Below are positions 19,349 through 28,480 of a DNA stretch of 64,000 bases, piece after piece. This DNA comes from an uncultured Spirochaetota bacterium (GTDB lineage Bacteria; Spirochaetota; Spirochaetia; SZUA-6; Fen-1364): assembly GCA_963734545.1 (NCBI GenBank), contig CAVTHO010000008.1, positions 800,001 to 864,000 on the forward strand, in the 5' to 3' direction. Position numbers and translations under genes: made by a program. Every line of letters starts with the position of its first letter. Within the stretch, counting starts at the first letter, position 1. A model generated the notes under the pieces. It had not been told where the DNA came from and ran no database searches. It saw only the letters and a list, made by a program, of their open reading frames with translations.

Positions 19349-20863
19349 TTAGTGCCGGTTGATTGCGTCCAGCGGCGTGATTTTCCGCGCCACCATGACC
19401 GGGTAGACAACCGCGAGCACCGTGACAATGGCCAGCCCGATGATGCCCGTCACCAGCCCGGCAAAACCCAGCGTGGGCTGGAAGACCTCGCCACCGAACA
19501 GGAGCTCGAAGATCTCGTTTCCCCCCGAGGCGATGCGGAGGGGCCGGATGATCCACGTGACGATGACGCCGACGAGGATGCCGATGCCGCCGAAGATGAA
19601 CGAGAGGGAGAAGGTCTCCGCCAGGAACATCCTGGTGATGAAGCTCTTGCGCGCGCCCACGGCGCGCATCATGCCGAACTCCTCCGTCCTTTCCAGGGCG
19701 TTCATGCTCAGCGTGTTCATGATGATGATGATGGCAACGAAGAAGAGCAGGAGCACGAATACGATGATGATCATCTGCAGGATGTCGGAGATCTGCGCCA
19801 CCTGTCCGGATGCCTTCTTCCAGCTCAGCACCTTCACCGGCAGGTTATTCTCCTTGGCCAGGCTCTTCATCTTCGCCACGGACGCGTTCAGGTCCTCGCC
19901 CGGCTTCAGGAGGATGGTGACGTAGTTGTACGCCGCGTTGTCGAAGTCGATCACCCGCGTGACGGTCGGCTCCGTCTTGATCCTTTTCTCCAGCTCGGCC
20001 ACGGACGTGCCGCTTGTCCCGGCGGAGAAGATGTCGCCGCCGCCGAAGAGCGCGTCCTCGTCGGCGCTCATCAGCGCCTCCTGCTTCGGGGGGAGCTTCT
20101 GGACGATGTCCCGCGCCGTGTAATATCCGAAGATCTCCCGGTAGGTCTCGATGTCCATGAAGCTGACTTCCTGCATGAGGGAGTTGAGCGACCTGAATCG
20201 AACGACACCCTTTACCGGGACGTCCTTGTTTGTCGAGTTCTGCTCTCCGAAGCCTTCCAGCGCCAGGGAGCGCCTGACGGCAAGCCTGTCCTCCTCCTTC
20301 TTGGCCTCGTCCGTGAGATTGTCCCTGTTGATCCCCGCACCCTCCGGGACGAGCCAGTACCCCTGGATCTTGTAGCGGTTCTTCCTCCCGTCCACGTTCA
20401 GAAGGATGCCATGGTCCCCATTCTTCAGCACCTTTCCCTCTATGGCCGTGACCGGATTCCCGAACACCCTCTGAAACTCGTCGAAGTTGCAGCCGAAGGT
20501 GAGCATGAAGTCCATCTCCTGGCCGCCCAGGACGGCCACCCCGCCCCGGGTCATGGGAAGGTAGCCCTGGATGAAATCCTGCCTGTCCAGGACGGAACGG
20601 ATCCTGTCGTAGTCCTTCAGGATCTTCAGCGGCTTGGCCAGCGGCGTAAACAGGACATTGTCCTTTGGCTCCTCGTCGGAGACGAGAATGATGTGCCCGG
20701 TAAAGCTCCTGACCATGTTCTGCTCGACTCCGCGCTGCATGCCGATGGCCGTGGCATTGCCCAGCGTCATGATGAGCGCGCCGAGGAACAGGATGGTCCC
20801 GATGATGATGCTCTTGGCCTTGTGCCGGAGGAGGCTCCTCCAGGCAATTTTCAGGATAAACAT
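19349..20863 (-). CDS. LolE/MacB-like ABC permease
   Basis: KIAWRSLLRHK, MNTLSMNALERTEEFGMMRAVG and ITPLDAI motifs. Confidence 0.88.
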   Translation of the reverse strand: MFILKIAWRSLLRHKAKSIIIGTILFLGALIMTLGNATAIGMQRGVEQNMVRSFTGHIILVSDEEPKDNVLFTPLAKPLKILKDYDRIRSVLDRQDFIQGYLPMTRGGVAVLGGQEMDFMLTFGCNFDEFQRVFGNPVTAIEGKVLKNGDHGILLNVDGRKNRYKIQGYWLVPEGAGINRDNLTDEAKKEEDRLAVRRSLALEGFGEQNSTNKDVPVKGVVRFRSLNSLMQEVSFMDIETYREIFGYYTARDIVQKLPPKQEALMSADEDALFGGGDIFSAGTSGTSVAELEKRIKTEPTVTRVIDFDNAAYNYVTILLKPGEDLNASVAKMKSLAKENNLPVKVLSWKKASGQVAQISDILQMIIIVFVLLLFFVAIIIIMNTLSMNALERTEEFGMMRAVGARKSFITRMFLAETFSLSFIFGGIGILVGVIVTWIIRPLRIASGGNEIFELLFGGEVFQPTLGFAGLVTGIIGLAIVTVLAVVYPVMVARKITPLDAINRH

Positions 20864-20872
20864 GATCCGCCC

Positions 20873-21553
20873 CTAGTTCGCCATGAGCCCGTCTTTGATC
20901 TTCAAGACGCCGTTGGCGTACTTGAGGATGTCCGGATCGTGCGTGGAGAAGATGAATGTGGTCTTTTCGAGGACATTCAGCTCTTTCATGAGCTTCAGGA
21001 TCATGTCACCTGTTTCCGAATCGAGGTTGGCGGTCGGCTCATCCGCGAGCACGATTGCCGGACGGGTGACGAGCGCGCGCGCAATGGCCACGCGCTGGCG
21101 CTGGCCGCCGGAGAGCTCGTACGGCTTGTGGTTGATCTGGTCCTTGAGCCCCACCTCTTCGATGAGCTTCTCCGCGCGCTCGCGGATCTCTCTCTTCCTG
21201 ATGCTTTCCCTCTTCATGAGGAGAAGGGGAAACTCCACGTTTTCACGCGTGGTGAGCACGGGGATGAGGTTGAATGTCTGGAAGATGAACCCGATGGTGT
21301 GCAGGCGCAGGTCGGTGAGCTCGCGGTCGGAGTGCGTGGTGATGTCCTTCTCATGGATCTTCACCACCCCTTCGGTGGCAGAGTCGATGCACCCGATTAT
21401 ATTGAGAAGGGTGGTCTTGCCGCTCCCCGACGGGCCGACAATGGAAATAAAATCCCCCTCCCGGATGGCCAGATCGACGCCGCGCAGGGCGTGGACCGTC
21501 GTCGCACCCAGTGGGTAGTCCTTCTTCACAGCCTTCAGCTCGATCACGTTCAT
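20873..21553 (-). CDS. LolD-like ABC transporter ATP-binding protein
   Basis: GPSGSGKT, LSGGQRQRVAIARAL, LADEPTANLD and STHD motifs. Confidence 0.95.
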   Translation of the reverse strand: MNVIELKAVKKDYPLGATTVHALRGVDLAIREGDFISIVGPSGSGKTTLLNIIGCIDSATEGVVKIHEKDITTHSDRELTDLRLHTIGFIFQTFNLIPVLTTRENVEFPLLLMKRESIRKREIRERAEKLIEEVGLKDQINHKPYELSGGQRQRVAIARALVTRPAIVLADEPTANLDSETGDMILKLMKELNVLEKTTFIFSTHDPDILKYANGVLKIKDGLMAN

Positions 21554-21764
21554 GATGCGCACTCCTTCCCGTTCTTTACCAATGAAACGAGGTCAATGAG
21601 CACTTATTGCATTGTTCTGTCAATAATATAAAGGGCAATCTGAGCATTCAACACCGCTCGCGCCCGATTGGGCGCCAGTTTTCCGGCTTTTTCTAGAACC
21701 GATACCCGGCGGCGGACGCCCGGGGAATCAGGGCAAGGATCGTCCGACCTGTACTTTGTTCCAC

Positions 21765-21801
21765 CCTTATTAATGGTCAGTGCGCCGAATCATTAATAAG
21801 G
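21765..21801. repeat. Perfect 11-bp AT-rich inverted repeat (operator or terminator)
   Basis: CCTTATTAATG-N15-CATTAATAAGG in the intergenic region between etfA and the ABC operon. Confidence 0.7.
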
Positions 21802-21871
21802 CCGGGCAATGGCCCAGTGCGGCGCATACCTCTCGGCGTTTTCGCTGGGCGCCCGCCGCGGTGCGCTCGTG

Positions 21872-23089
21872 CTACCCCGCCGATTCCAGTCTCTTCACCA
21901 GCTCCGGAACCACTTTGAACAGGTCTCCCACGATCCCGAAATGAGCCACGTCGAAGATCGGCGCATTGGGGTCTGAGTTGATGGCAACGATCATGTCGGC
22001 GCCTTTCATGCCGGCCAGGTGCTGAATTGCTCCGCTGATGCCGCAGGCGATATAGACCTTCGGCTTCACGGTCTTCCCTGTCTGGCCCACCTGGTGGGAA
22101 TAGGGGATCCAGCCCGCGTCCACCGCTGCGCGGGACGCGCCCACGGCCCCGCCCGTTGCCAGGGCGAGCTTCTCGATGAGCGCGAAGTTCTTCGGGTCCT
22201 TGATGCCGCGGCCGCCCGACACGATCACGTCCGCTTCCACGAGGTTCACCGTGGCCGATTTCTCCTCCACGAACTCCAGGAACTCGAGCTTCGTTGCAGG
22301 AACGGGAATGTGGTTGAGCTCGATCACCTTGCCCTGCGGGTTGGAAACCTTTTCCGCGGGTGTCATCACCTTGTGGCGCACCGTGGCCATCTGGGGCCTG
22401 TGGTTCTGCGTGAGGATCGTGGCCATGATGTTGCCGCCGAATGCGGGCCGGGTCTGGCGCAGGAGCATGGTGGCCGGGTCGATGCTGAGCTCCGTGCAGT
22501 CCGCCGTGAGACCGGTGAGTATCTTTGCCGCCACCCGGGGCAGGAGGGAACGGCCCACCACCGTGCCGCCGCCGAGGAAGATCTCGGGCTTTTTCTCCAT
22601 GAGGATCTCGGACACCAGCTCCGCGTGGACGTCCTCATCGAAATCTCCGATGCCGGGGTTGTCGATCATCCACACCTCGTCGACGCCGTAGGACAGGAGC
22701 TCATCGGTGAACTTCCTCACCCCGTTTCCCACCAGAATGGCGCACACCGGGGCAGAGAGCTCCTTCTGCAGCTCGCGCGCCACGCCGATGATCTCCGGCA
22801 CCACGCTGCCCAGCTTTCCGCGCCGGTGCTCGGCCAGGATCGCGATACCGGAATACTTCTTTATGTCCTGGCCCTTGAACGTCCGGCGCGTGATGACGAT
22901 GGCCTGGTAGCGCTTGCATGCCTCCACGCAGGCGCCGCAGAGCGTGCAGACACCCAGGTCGATGACGGCGGACGGCTTGTCCAGCTTCGCGCCCACCGGG
23001 CCCGAGAGCGCAATTGCGTCGTAGGGGCATGACTTCACGCAAAGACCGCAGCCGACGCAGTTCTGAACGATGACGCGGATCGGGTCCAT
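21872..23089 (-). CDS. etfA: Electron transfer flavoprotein alpha subunit with N-terminal 2x[4Fe-4S] ferredoxin domain
   Basis: CVGCGLCVKSCP and CTLCGACVEAC, then GLTADCT, RPAFGGN, VSGGRG, QVGQTG and GISGAIQH. Confidence 0.95.
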   Translation of the reverse strand: MDPIRVIVQNCVGCGLCVKSCPYDAIALSGPVGAKLDKPSAVIDLGVCTLCGACVEACKRYQAIVITRRTFKGQDIKKYSGIAILAEHRRGKLGSVVPEIIGVARELQKELSAPVCAILVGNGVRKFTDELLSYGVDEVWMIDNPGIGDFDEDVHAELVSEILMEKKPEIFLGGGTVVGRSLLPRVAAKILTGLTADCTELSIDPATMLLRQTRPAFGGNIMATILTQNHRPQMATVRHKVMTPAEKVSNPQGKVIELNHIPVPATKLEFLEFVEEKSATVNLVEADVIVSGGRGIKDPKNFALIEKLALATGGAVGASRAAVDAGWIPYSHQVGQTGKTVKPKVYIACGISGAIQHLAGMKGADMIVAINSDPNAPIFDVAHFGIVGDLFKVVPELVKRLESAG

Positions 23090-23099
23090 GTGCGTATCC

Positions 23100-23897
23100 T
23101 TATTTCTTCCGAATGGTGATGCCGGCCGCGGCAAGCTCCGCGAGCAGGGCGCCCACTGTTTCAGCCGGTTCTCCCGTGAACTTCTTGCCCCCGGAAGGCT
23201 TGGGCGGAGTGAAGATCTTCATGACCTGCGTGGGTGAGCCGTTGAGGCCAAGCCTCTCCGTGTCCGCGCCGATGTCGGCGGCCTTCAGCACCGGGATCTC
23301 CGCCTTCTTCGCCGCCATCTTGCCTTTCAGCGACGGCAGGCGGGGAATATTGATCTCTTTCACGACGGTCAGCACGACCGGGAGCCGGGCGGCCAGACGG
23401 GCGTACCCCTCTTCCAGCAGCCGCTCGACGACAATGCGTCCGTCGACGATCTCCTCGATCTTCCTGATATCGGTGACATGGGAGATGCCCAGGTTTTCCG
23501 CGACGCCCGGGCCCACCTGTCCCGTGTCGCCGTCGATTGCCTGCCGGCCCATGAGGATGATGTCAGCGCCGCCGAGCTTTCTCACCGCGCAGGCCAGCGC
23601 GTACGCGGTTGCCAGGGTGTCCGCGCCGGCGAACGCCCTGTCGGAAACCAGACGGGCATCGTCCGCCCCGAGGCTGATGGACTCCCGAAGCGCTTCCACC
23701 GCCTGGGGCGGTCCCATCGTGATCACCGTGACGGTGCCGCCGTGCTTCTCCCGGAGGCGTACGGCCTCCTCGATTGCGTAGACGTCGAAAGGATTGATGA
23801 TGGACTGCACGCCCTCCCTCACCAGGGTGTTGGTCTCGGGGTTGATGCGCACATTGGTGGTATCAGGCACCTGCTTTATGCAGACGATGACCTTCAT
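23100..23897 (-). CDS. etfB: Electron transfer flavoprotein beta subunit
   Basis: VCIKQVPDT, INPFD, FAGADTLAT and GRQAIDGDTGQVGP motifs. Confidence 0.95.
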   Translation of the reverse strand: MKVIVCIKQVPDTTNVRINPETNTLVREGVQSIINPFDVYAIEEAVRLREKHGGTVTVITMGPPQAVEALRESISLGADDARLVSDRAFAGADTLATAYALACAVRKLGGADIILMGRQAIDGDTGQVGPGVAENLGISHVTDIRKIEEIVDGRIVVERLLEEGYARLAARLPVVLTVVKEINIPRLPSLKGKMAAKKAEIPVLKAADIGADTERLGLNGSPTQVMKIFTPPKPSGGKKFTGEPAETVGALLAELAAAGITIRKK

Positions 23898-23906
23898 GGC
23901 AGCTCC

Positions 23907-25067
23907 CTAGACTTTCGCGCGCACGCTCTCCTTGATGAGCCCGAGAGCGATCACCTCGCGCTGGATCTGGTTCGTGCCTTCGTAGATCTGCGTGATCTTT
24001 GCGTCCCGCATCATCTTTTCGACCGGGTACTCCTTCATGTAGCCGTACCCGCCGCAGATCTGCACGGCATCCGTGGTGACTTTCATCGCGGTATCGGAGG
24101 CGAACACCTTGGCCATTGCGGAGAGACGCGACACGTCCTTCTCCCCGGCGTCGATGCTGCGCGCCGCCGCGTAGCACAGCGCCCGCGCGGCCTCCACCTG
24201 CGTGGCCATGTCGGCCATCATGAACTGTACCCCCTGGAAGGAGGAGATCGGCTTGCCGAACTGCTTGCGCTCCCGGGAGTAGGCAAGGGCGTAATCCAGG
24301 GCACCCTGGGCAATGCCCAGCGCCTGGGAGGCCACGCCGGGCCGTGACTGGTCGAGGGTCTTCATGGCCACGAGAAAGCCCATGCCCTCCTTTGCAAGGA
24401 GGTTCGTTTTCGGGACCCTGCAATCCTGGAACACGAGCTCCCGGGTGGCGGATGCGCGGATGCCCATCTTGTTCTCCTTCTTTCCGAAGGTGAAACCGGG
24501 ATGGTCTTTTTCCACGAGAACGGTGGAGGAGCCGCGCACGCCCCTGGCCGGATCGGTAAGGGCGACGACCGTGTAAATCGAAGCCTCCCCTCCATTCGTG
24601 ATCCACTGCTTGGTGCCATTGATCACATACGAATCCCCGTCCGGCTTCGCCGTGGTCTTGATGGCGGCGGCGTCACTGCCGGCGCCCGCCTCGGTGAGCC
24701 CGAAAGCGGCAAGGATCTCTCCGGCGGCAAGGCGCGGAAGGTACTTCTTCTTCTGCTCGTCGCTGCCGAACAGGATGATCGGGATGGTGCCCAGGCCCGA
24801 AGCGGCATACGACAGCGCGATTCCGCTGCACACCTTGGAAAGCTCCTCAACTACGAGGCACATCTCGAACATGCCTCCGCCCAGGCCGTCGTACTCGGAA
24901 GGGACGAAGACCCGGAAGAGATCGGCCTTGGCAAGTGTCTGCACGACCTCCCAGGGGAACTCGCCGGTCTCGTCCAGCTCTGCCCTGATCGGCAAAAGCT
25001 TCTCGCGCGCTACTTGCGCGGCCAGGTCTTTGATCATTTTCTGGTCTTCGGTCAGGAAGTAGTTCAT
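23907..25067 (-). CDS. Acyl-CoA dehydrogenase (butyryl-CoA/caffeyl-CoA reductase-like)
   Basis: FGLTEAGAGSD, NGTKQWITNG, RKQFGKPI, GGYGY and IYEGTNQIQR motifs. Confidence 0.93.
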   Translation of the reverse strand: MNYFLTEDQKMIKDLAAQVAREKLLPIRAELDETGEFPWEVVQTLAKADLFRVFVPSEYDGLGGGMFEMCLVVEELSKVCSGIALSYAASGLGTIPIILFGSDEQKKKYLPRLAAGEILAAFGLTEAGAGSDAAAIKTTAKPDGDSYVINGTKQWITNGGEASIYTVVALTDPARGVRGSSTVLVEKDHPGFTFGKKENKMGIRASATRELVFQDCRVPKTNLLAKEGMGFLVAMKTLDQSRPGVASQALGIAQGALDYALAYSRERKQFGKPISSFQGVQFMMADMATQVEAARALCYAAARSIDAGEKDVSRLSAMAKVFASDTAMKVTTDAVQICGGYGYMKEYPVEKMMRDAKITQIYEGTNQIQREVIALGLIKESVRAKV

Positions 25068-25159
25068 GGCTACCCCTCCTCTTTGGATCCCTTGTCAGGC
25101 TTCAATAGATTGGTGACTAAAAAGGTATGATATACAGTGGACCATAGGGGCTGGTCGCG

Positions 25160-26314
25160 TCAAGAGGCGCTGACCGGCCTGCCGTAAACGCGGTAACGCT
25201 TGTAGATCCGCGCGCCCATGCGGGTCGCGAGCGCCGGCGTATAGGGATTGTCGTCGGAGGTAAGGGAAAGGTCTGCCCACTGGTACCCTTTGGCGCGCGC
25301 CCGGCGGGCTATCTCATCGATGAGGAGGATGGCCGCGCCGCTTCCCCAGTATTCCGGCAGGATAAGGATGCTCTTGAGCGCAATGCAGCGCGGCTTGGAG
25401 CGCATCCATCGCAGTGCGCGCAGCATGTCCCATGGATACCGCAGCCCGTTGAGGTGAATGAGCACCTCGTTCACGTTCGGCACGCCGGCAAACCACCCGA
25501 TGGTTTTCCCTTCGATTTCCGCGAAGAGCACGAAGTCCGGATCCGCAATCCTGCTGAATGGCTCCAGCAGGCCTTCCACGGCCTCTCTCTCCCACGGGCG
25601 ATAGTCCGGAACGTGGGCCATGGATCTGTTCAGAAGCTCCTGCACCACCTCCACCTCGTTCTGCCATTGTCCGAGGTCGGGCGTGCGGATCCGGATCCAG
25701 CCTTTGCGCCTGATGCGCTCCGCAAGCACCGCGGTGCGCGCAAGCGCCGCGGAAGCAGTGTCGAACGTGAGCTCATAGGCCAGATTGTCGCCCCGCAGCG
25801 GCGTGAAGCCGTTGTGCTCGAAGAAGTCCATGTAGTACGGCGGCGTGTGGCCGCACAGCAGCACGGGCGGACGGTCCCGTCCTTCCACGAGAACGCCGTA
25901 GCTGTCCTCATAGTCCAGGTTGAAGGGCCCTCCGAGAGTGGCGAGTCCGCGCGCGGCTGCCCACTGCGAAACCCGGTCGATCATGGCCTTCGCAATGGCT
26001 TCTTCCTTCGCGTACTCGAAAAACCCGAACATGCACTCGCGCGCGTGCATGCGCGCGTTGTACGGCTTGTCCTCCGCGGCGCAGATCGTGCCCACCGGGG
26101 TGCCGCTCTTCCACGCGATGAACTGCTCCGCCTCTCCCCTCTTGAAGAAAGCGCCGCGTGCGGGATCGAGGGCCTTGGCACGCTCGGAAAGAAGAGGCGG
26201 CACCCACTGGGGATCATCCGCGTAGATTCTCCAGGGAAACGTCAGGAAAAGCCTTTGTTCACGGCGAGTGCGGACGGGCCGGACCTCGATGCTCCCTTGC
26301 GGTGTCTGCGGCAT
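25160..26314 (-). CDS. Tandem-GNAT protein of the YghO / bacterial ceramide synthase (bCerS) family
   Basis: FPWRIYADDPQWVPPL, FGFFE, GPFN...GVLVEG...PPYY and C-terminal YKRYRVY pattern recognised as YghO/bCerS-like. The alternative start at 26326 overlaps a TACAAT -10. Confidence 0.72.
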   Translation of the reverse strand: MPQTPQGSIEVRPVRTRREQRLFLTFPWRIYADDPQWVPPLLSERAKALDPARGAFFKRGEAEQFIAWKSGTPVGTICAAEDKPYNARMHARECMFGFFEYAKEEAIAKAMIDRVSQWAAARGLATLGGPFNLDYEDSYGVLVEGRDRPPVLLCGHTPPYYMDFFEHNGFTPLRGDNLAYELTFDTASAALARTAVLAERIRRKGWIRIRTPDLGQWQNEVEVVQELLNRSMAHVPDYRPWEREAVEGLLEPFSRIADPDFVLFAEIEGKTIGWFAGVPNVNEVLIHLNGLRYPWDMLRALRWMRSKPRCIALKSILILPEYWGSGAAILLIDEIARRARAKGYQWADLSLTSDDNPYTPALATRMGARIYKRYRVYGRPVSAS

Positions 26315-26372
26315 GACTGCCTGCATTGTACGCCATCTGTCAATTCGACTACACTGCCACGGGAGGGATCCG

Positions 26373-27134
26373 GTGACACTCGCACAACTCGATCAGTGGC
26401 TTTCGACATTCCTCGGCATTGGCGCGCTGGAAGACATGGACAACAGCCAGAACGGATTGCAGGTCGGCAGCGCGGCGGCAGAGGTGCGGAAAGTCGCATT
26501 CGCCGTGGACGCGTCCATGGAAAGCTTTCGCCGGGCAGTCGAGGCGGGCGCGGACACGCTCTTCGTTCATCACGGCATTCTCTGGGGCAGGCCTGCCCGG
26601 ATCACGGGCGCGTTTTACGAGCGCGTGCGATTCCTCGTGGAACACGGCCTGGCCCTGTACGCGGTGCACCTGCCCCTGGATCTGCACGCCGAGGTCGGCA
26701 ACAACATCGGCATCGCCCGGCTTCTCGGCCTGAGGGACATCCAGCCATTCTGCTCGTATCGGGGCCTGAAAATCGGGTGCAAGGGGACACTGCCGGCGCC
26801 CGCGCGCCTGGAAGAGATCGTGCTCCGTCTGGGCGGGCGTCAGGGGGAGCAGATCCGGACCCTGCCATTCGGCCCCCCGATGATACAATCAGTCGGCATC
26901 GTATCGGGGGATGTGCCGAGGGAGTTCACGCAGGCGGTCGCGGAAGGCCTTGACCTGTACGTCACCGGCGAATCCGCCCACGAGATCTATCATCATTGCC
27001 TCGAAAGCCGAATCCATGTTATCTTTGCTGGTCACTACCACACGGAATCCTTCGGTGTCCAGCTGCTCGCAGACAGGCTCGCGCGGGAAACAGGCGTGGA
27101 AACGACATATCTCGACATTCCCACGGGGTTGTAA
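26373..27134 (+). CDS. Nif3-like dinuclear metal-centre protein (YbgI family)
   Basis: NGLQV, AVDA, VHHG, HLPLDLH.EVGNN, TGE and AGHYHTE motifs; GTG start with GGAGGG RBS. Confidence 0.92.
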   Translation: MTLAQLDQWLSTFLGIGALEDMDNSQNGLQVGSAAAEVRKVAFAVDASMESFRRAVEAGADTLFVHHGILWGRPARITGAFYERVRFLVEHGLALYAVHLPLDLHAEVGNNIGIARLLGLRDIQPFCSYRGLKIGCKGTLPAPARLEEIVLRLGGRQGEQIRTLPFGPPMIQSVGIVSGDVPREFTQAVAEGLDLYVTGESAHEIYHHCLESRIHVIFAGHYHTESFGVQLLADRLARETGVETTYLDIPTGL

Positions 27135-27671
27135 ATGATTCTGAACGTCGCAAAGAGGGACATCAAGTCCAGGCTGCTCCCGCTCGTGCTCTCCGCCGGG
27201 ATCATCATCCTGGACCAGCTTTCGAAGCTCGTCATCATCTGGACCGTGCCGAAGGGCCGCGTGGTTTCTGTCATTGGCGACTTTTTTCAGATCATCCACG
27301 TGCAGAACCCCGCCATCGCATTCAGCATCGGCCACGGCATTGCCTCGGGTCCGCGCCGGACGCTTTTCAGCCTTCTCCCCCTCGCCGTGATCGCCCTCCT
27401 TTTCCTCTACTATCTCCTCACCCGTGATCCGCTCACCCGGCTGCAGAAGTGGACATTCGCTGCGCTCCTGGGCGGCGGGCTGGGCAACTATGTGGACCGC
27501 ATCATCCGCCCGGAAGGGGTCGTGGATTTTCTGGACTTCAAGTTCTACGGATTTCTCGGCCTGGCCCGCTGGCCCACGTTCAACCTCGCCGATATGACAG
27601 TCGTGCTCGCCGGCATACTCCTCTTCGTGACATTCCTCATCCCCGCCCGGCCGGCAGAGGAGGCGAAATGA
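27135..27671 (+). CDS. lspA: Lipoprotein signal peptidase II
   Basis: DQLSK, NPAIAFS, GGLGNYVDR, VVDFL and FNLAD motifs. Confidence 0.95.
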   Translation: MILNVAKRDIKSRLLPLVLSAGIIILDQLSKLVIIWTVPKGRVVSVIGDFFQIIHVQNPAIAFSIGHGIASGPRRTLFSLLPLAVIALLFLYYLLTRDPLTRLQKWTFAALLGGGLGNYVDRIIRPEGVVDFLDFKFYGFLGLARWPTFNLADMTVVLAGILLFVTFLIPARPAEEAK

Positions 27672-27943
27672 GCTCCACCGGGAAGATGGTCCTGTTTTTT
27701 CTCGGCGCAACGGTGTTCAACGTCGTTCTGATGATCGGCCTGGCCGCGCTCTTCGGAGGGCTCATCCTGCTCATTCTCGGCCCCCACGCCAATCCCAACG
27801 TGGCAATGCCGTTGATCGTCGTGGGTCTCATCGCCGCCATGGTGCTCACCTTCCTGATCTACGGCAGAGTGATGAAGTGGATCACGGTGAAGTTCGACCT
27901 GCAGAAGCACATTCCCCAGCTCTTCAAAGGCAGAAAGAAATAG
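27668..27943 (+). CDS. Small two-TM membrane protein
   Basis: ATG overlaps the lspA stop; MSSTGKMVLFFLGATVFNVVLM with two hydrophobic helices and a basic tail. Confidence 0.75.
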   Translation: MSSTGKMVLFFLGATVFNVVLMIGLAALFGGLILLILGPHANPNVAMPLIVVGLIAAMVLTFLIYGRVMKWITVKFDLQKHIPQLFKGRKK

Positions 27944-27946
27944 GCT

Positions 27947-28462
27947 ATGGAATTCACCCGCGTCATCTGCGAGAGGGAAAGCATACGAAGCTATGACCCG
28001 ACACGACCGGTGGGGAAAGAGGTTCTGGGGAGGATCCTGGACGCCGGGCGCATTGCGCCCTCGGCCGCGAACCGGCAGCCCTGGAAGTTTCTCGTCGTCT
28101 CCTCACGGGAGGTGCTCGCCCAGGTCCGTCGATGCTACACGAAACCCTGGTTTCAGGACGCCCCGCACGTGCTCGTCGTCACGGGAAGAACGGGTGATTC
28201 CTGGACCCGGCAGGACGGATGGAACTCCATTGAAACCGACCTGATCATCGCCATGGACCACATGATCCTGGCCGCGGAGAACGAAGGGGTGGGTACCTGC
28301 TGGATCGCCACGTTCGACCCGGTAGCGCTGCGCGCCGCGCTGGGTCTCGGCGTGGAGGACCGCGTGTACGCAATCACTCCGCTGGGGTATCCGAAGCCCG
28401 GTTTCACCAAGAAGGGGCAGAAGCAGAGAAAGAGCCTTCAGGAAGTGGTACGCTATCTTTGA
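27947..28462 (+). CDS. Nitroreductase family protein
   Basis: RESIRSY, APSAANRQPW, LAAENEGVGTCWI and LGYP motifs. Confidence 0.92.
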   Translation: MEFTRVICERESIRSYDPTRPVGKEVLGRILDAGRIAPSAANRQPWKFLVVSSREVLAQVRRCYTKPWFQDAPHVLVVTGRTGDSWTRQDGWNSIETDLIIAMDHMILAAENEGVGTCWIATFDPVALRAALGLGVEDRVYAITPLGYPKPGFTKKGQKQRKSLQEVVRYL

Positions 28463-28480
28463 GTCGGGCCGACAGCCCGC

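Noticed and set aside
16620-21631. Very long plus-strand ORFs (798 aa and 770 aa) and similar ones at 37155, 53982 and 25454
   Set aside because: Antisense shadows of real genes, expected in high-GC DNA; no motifs or RBS.
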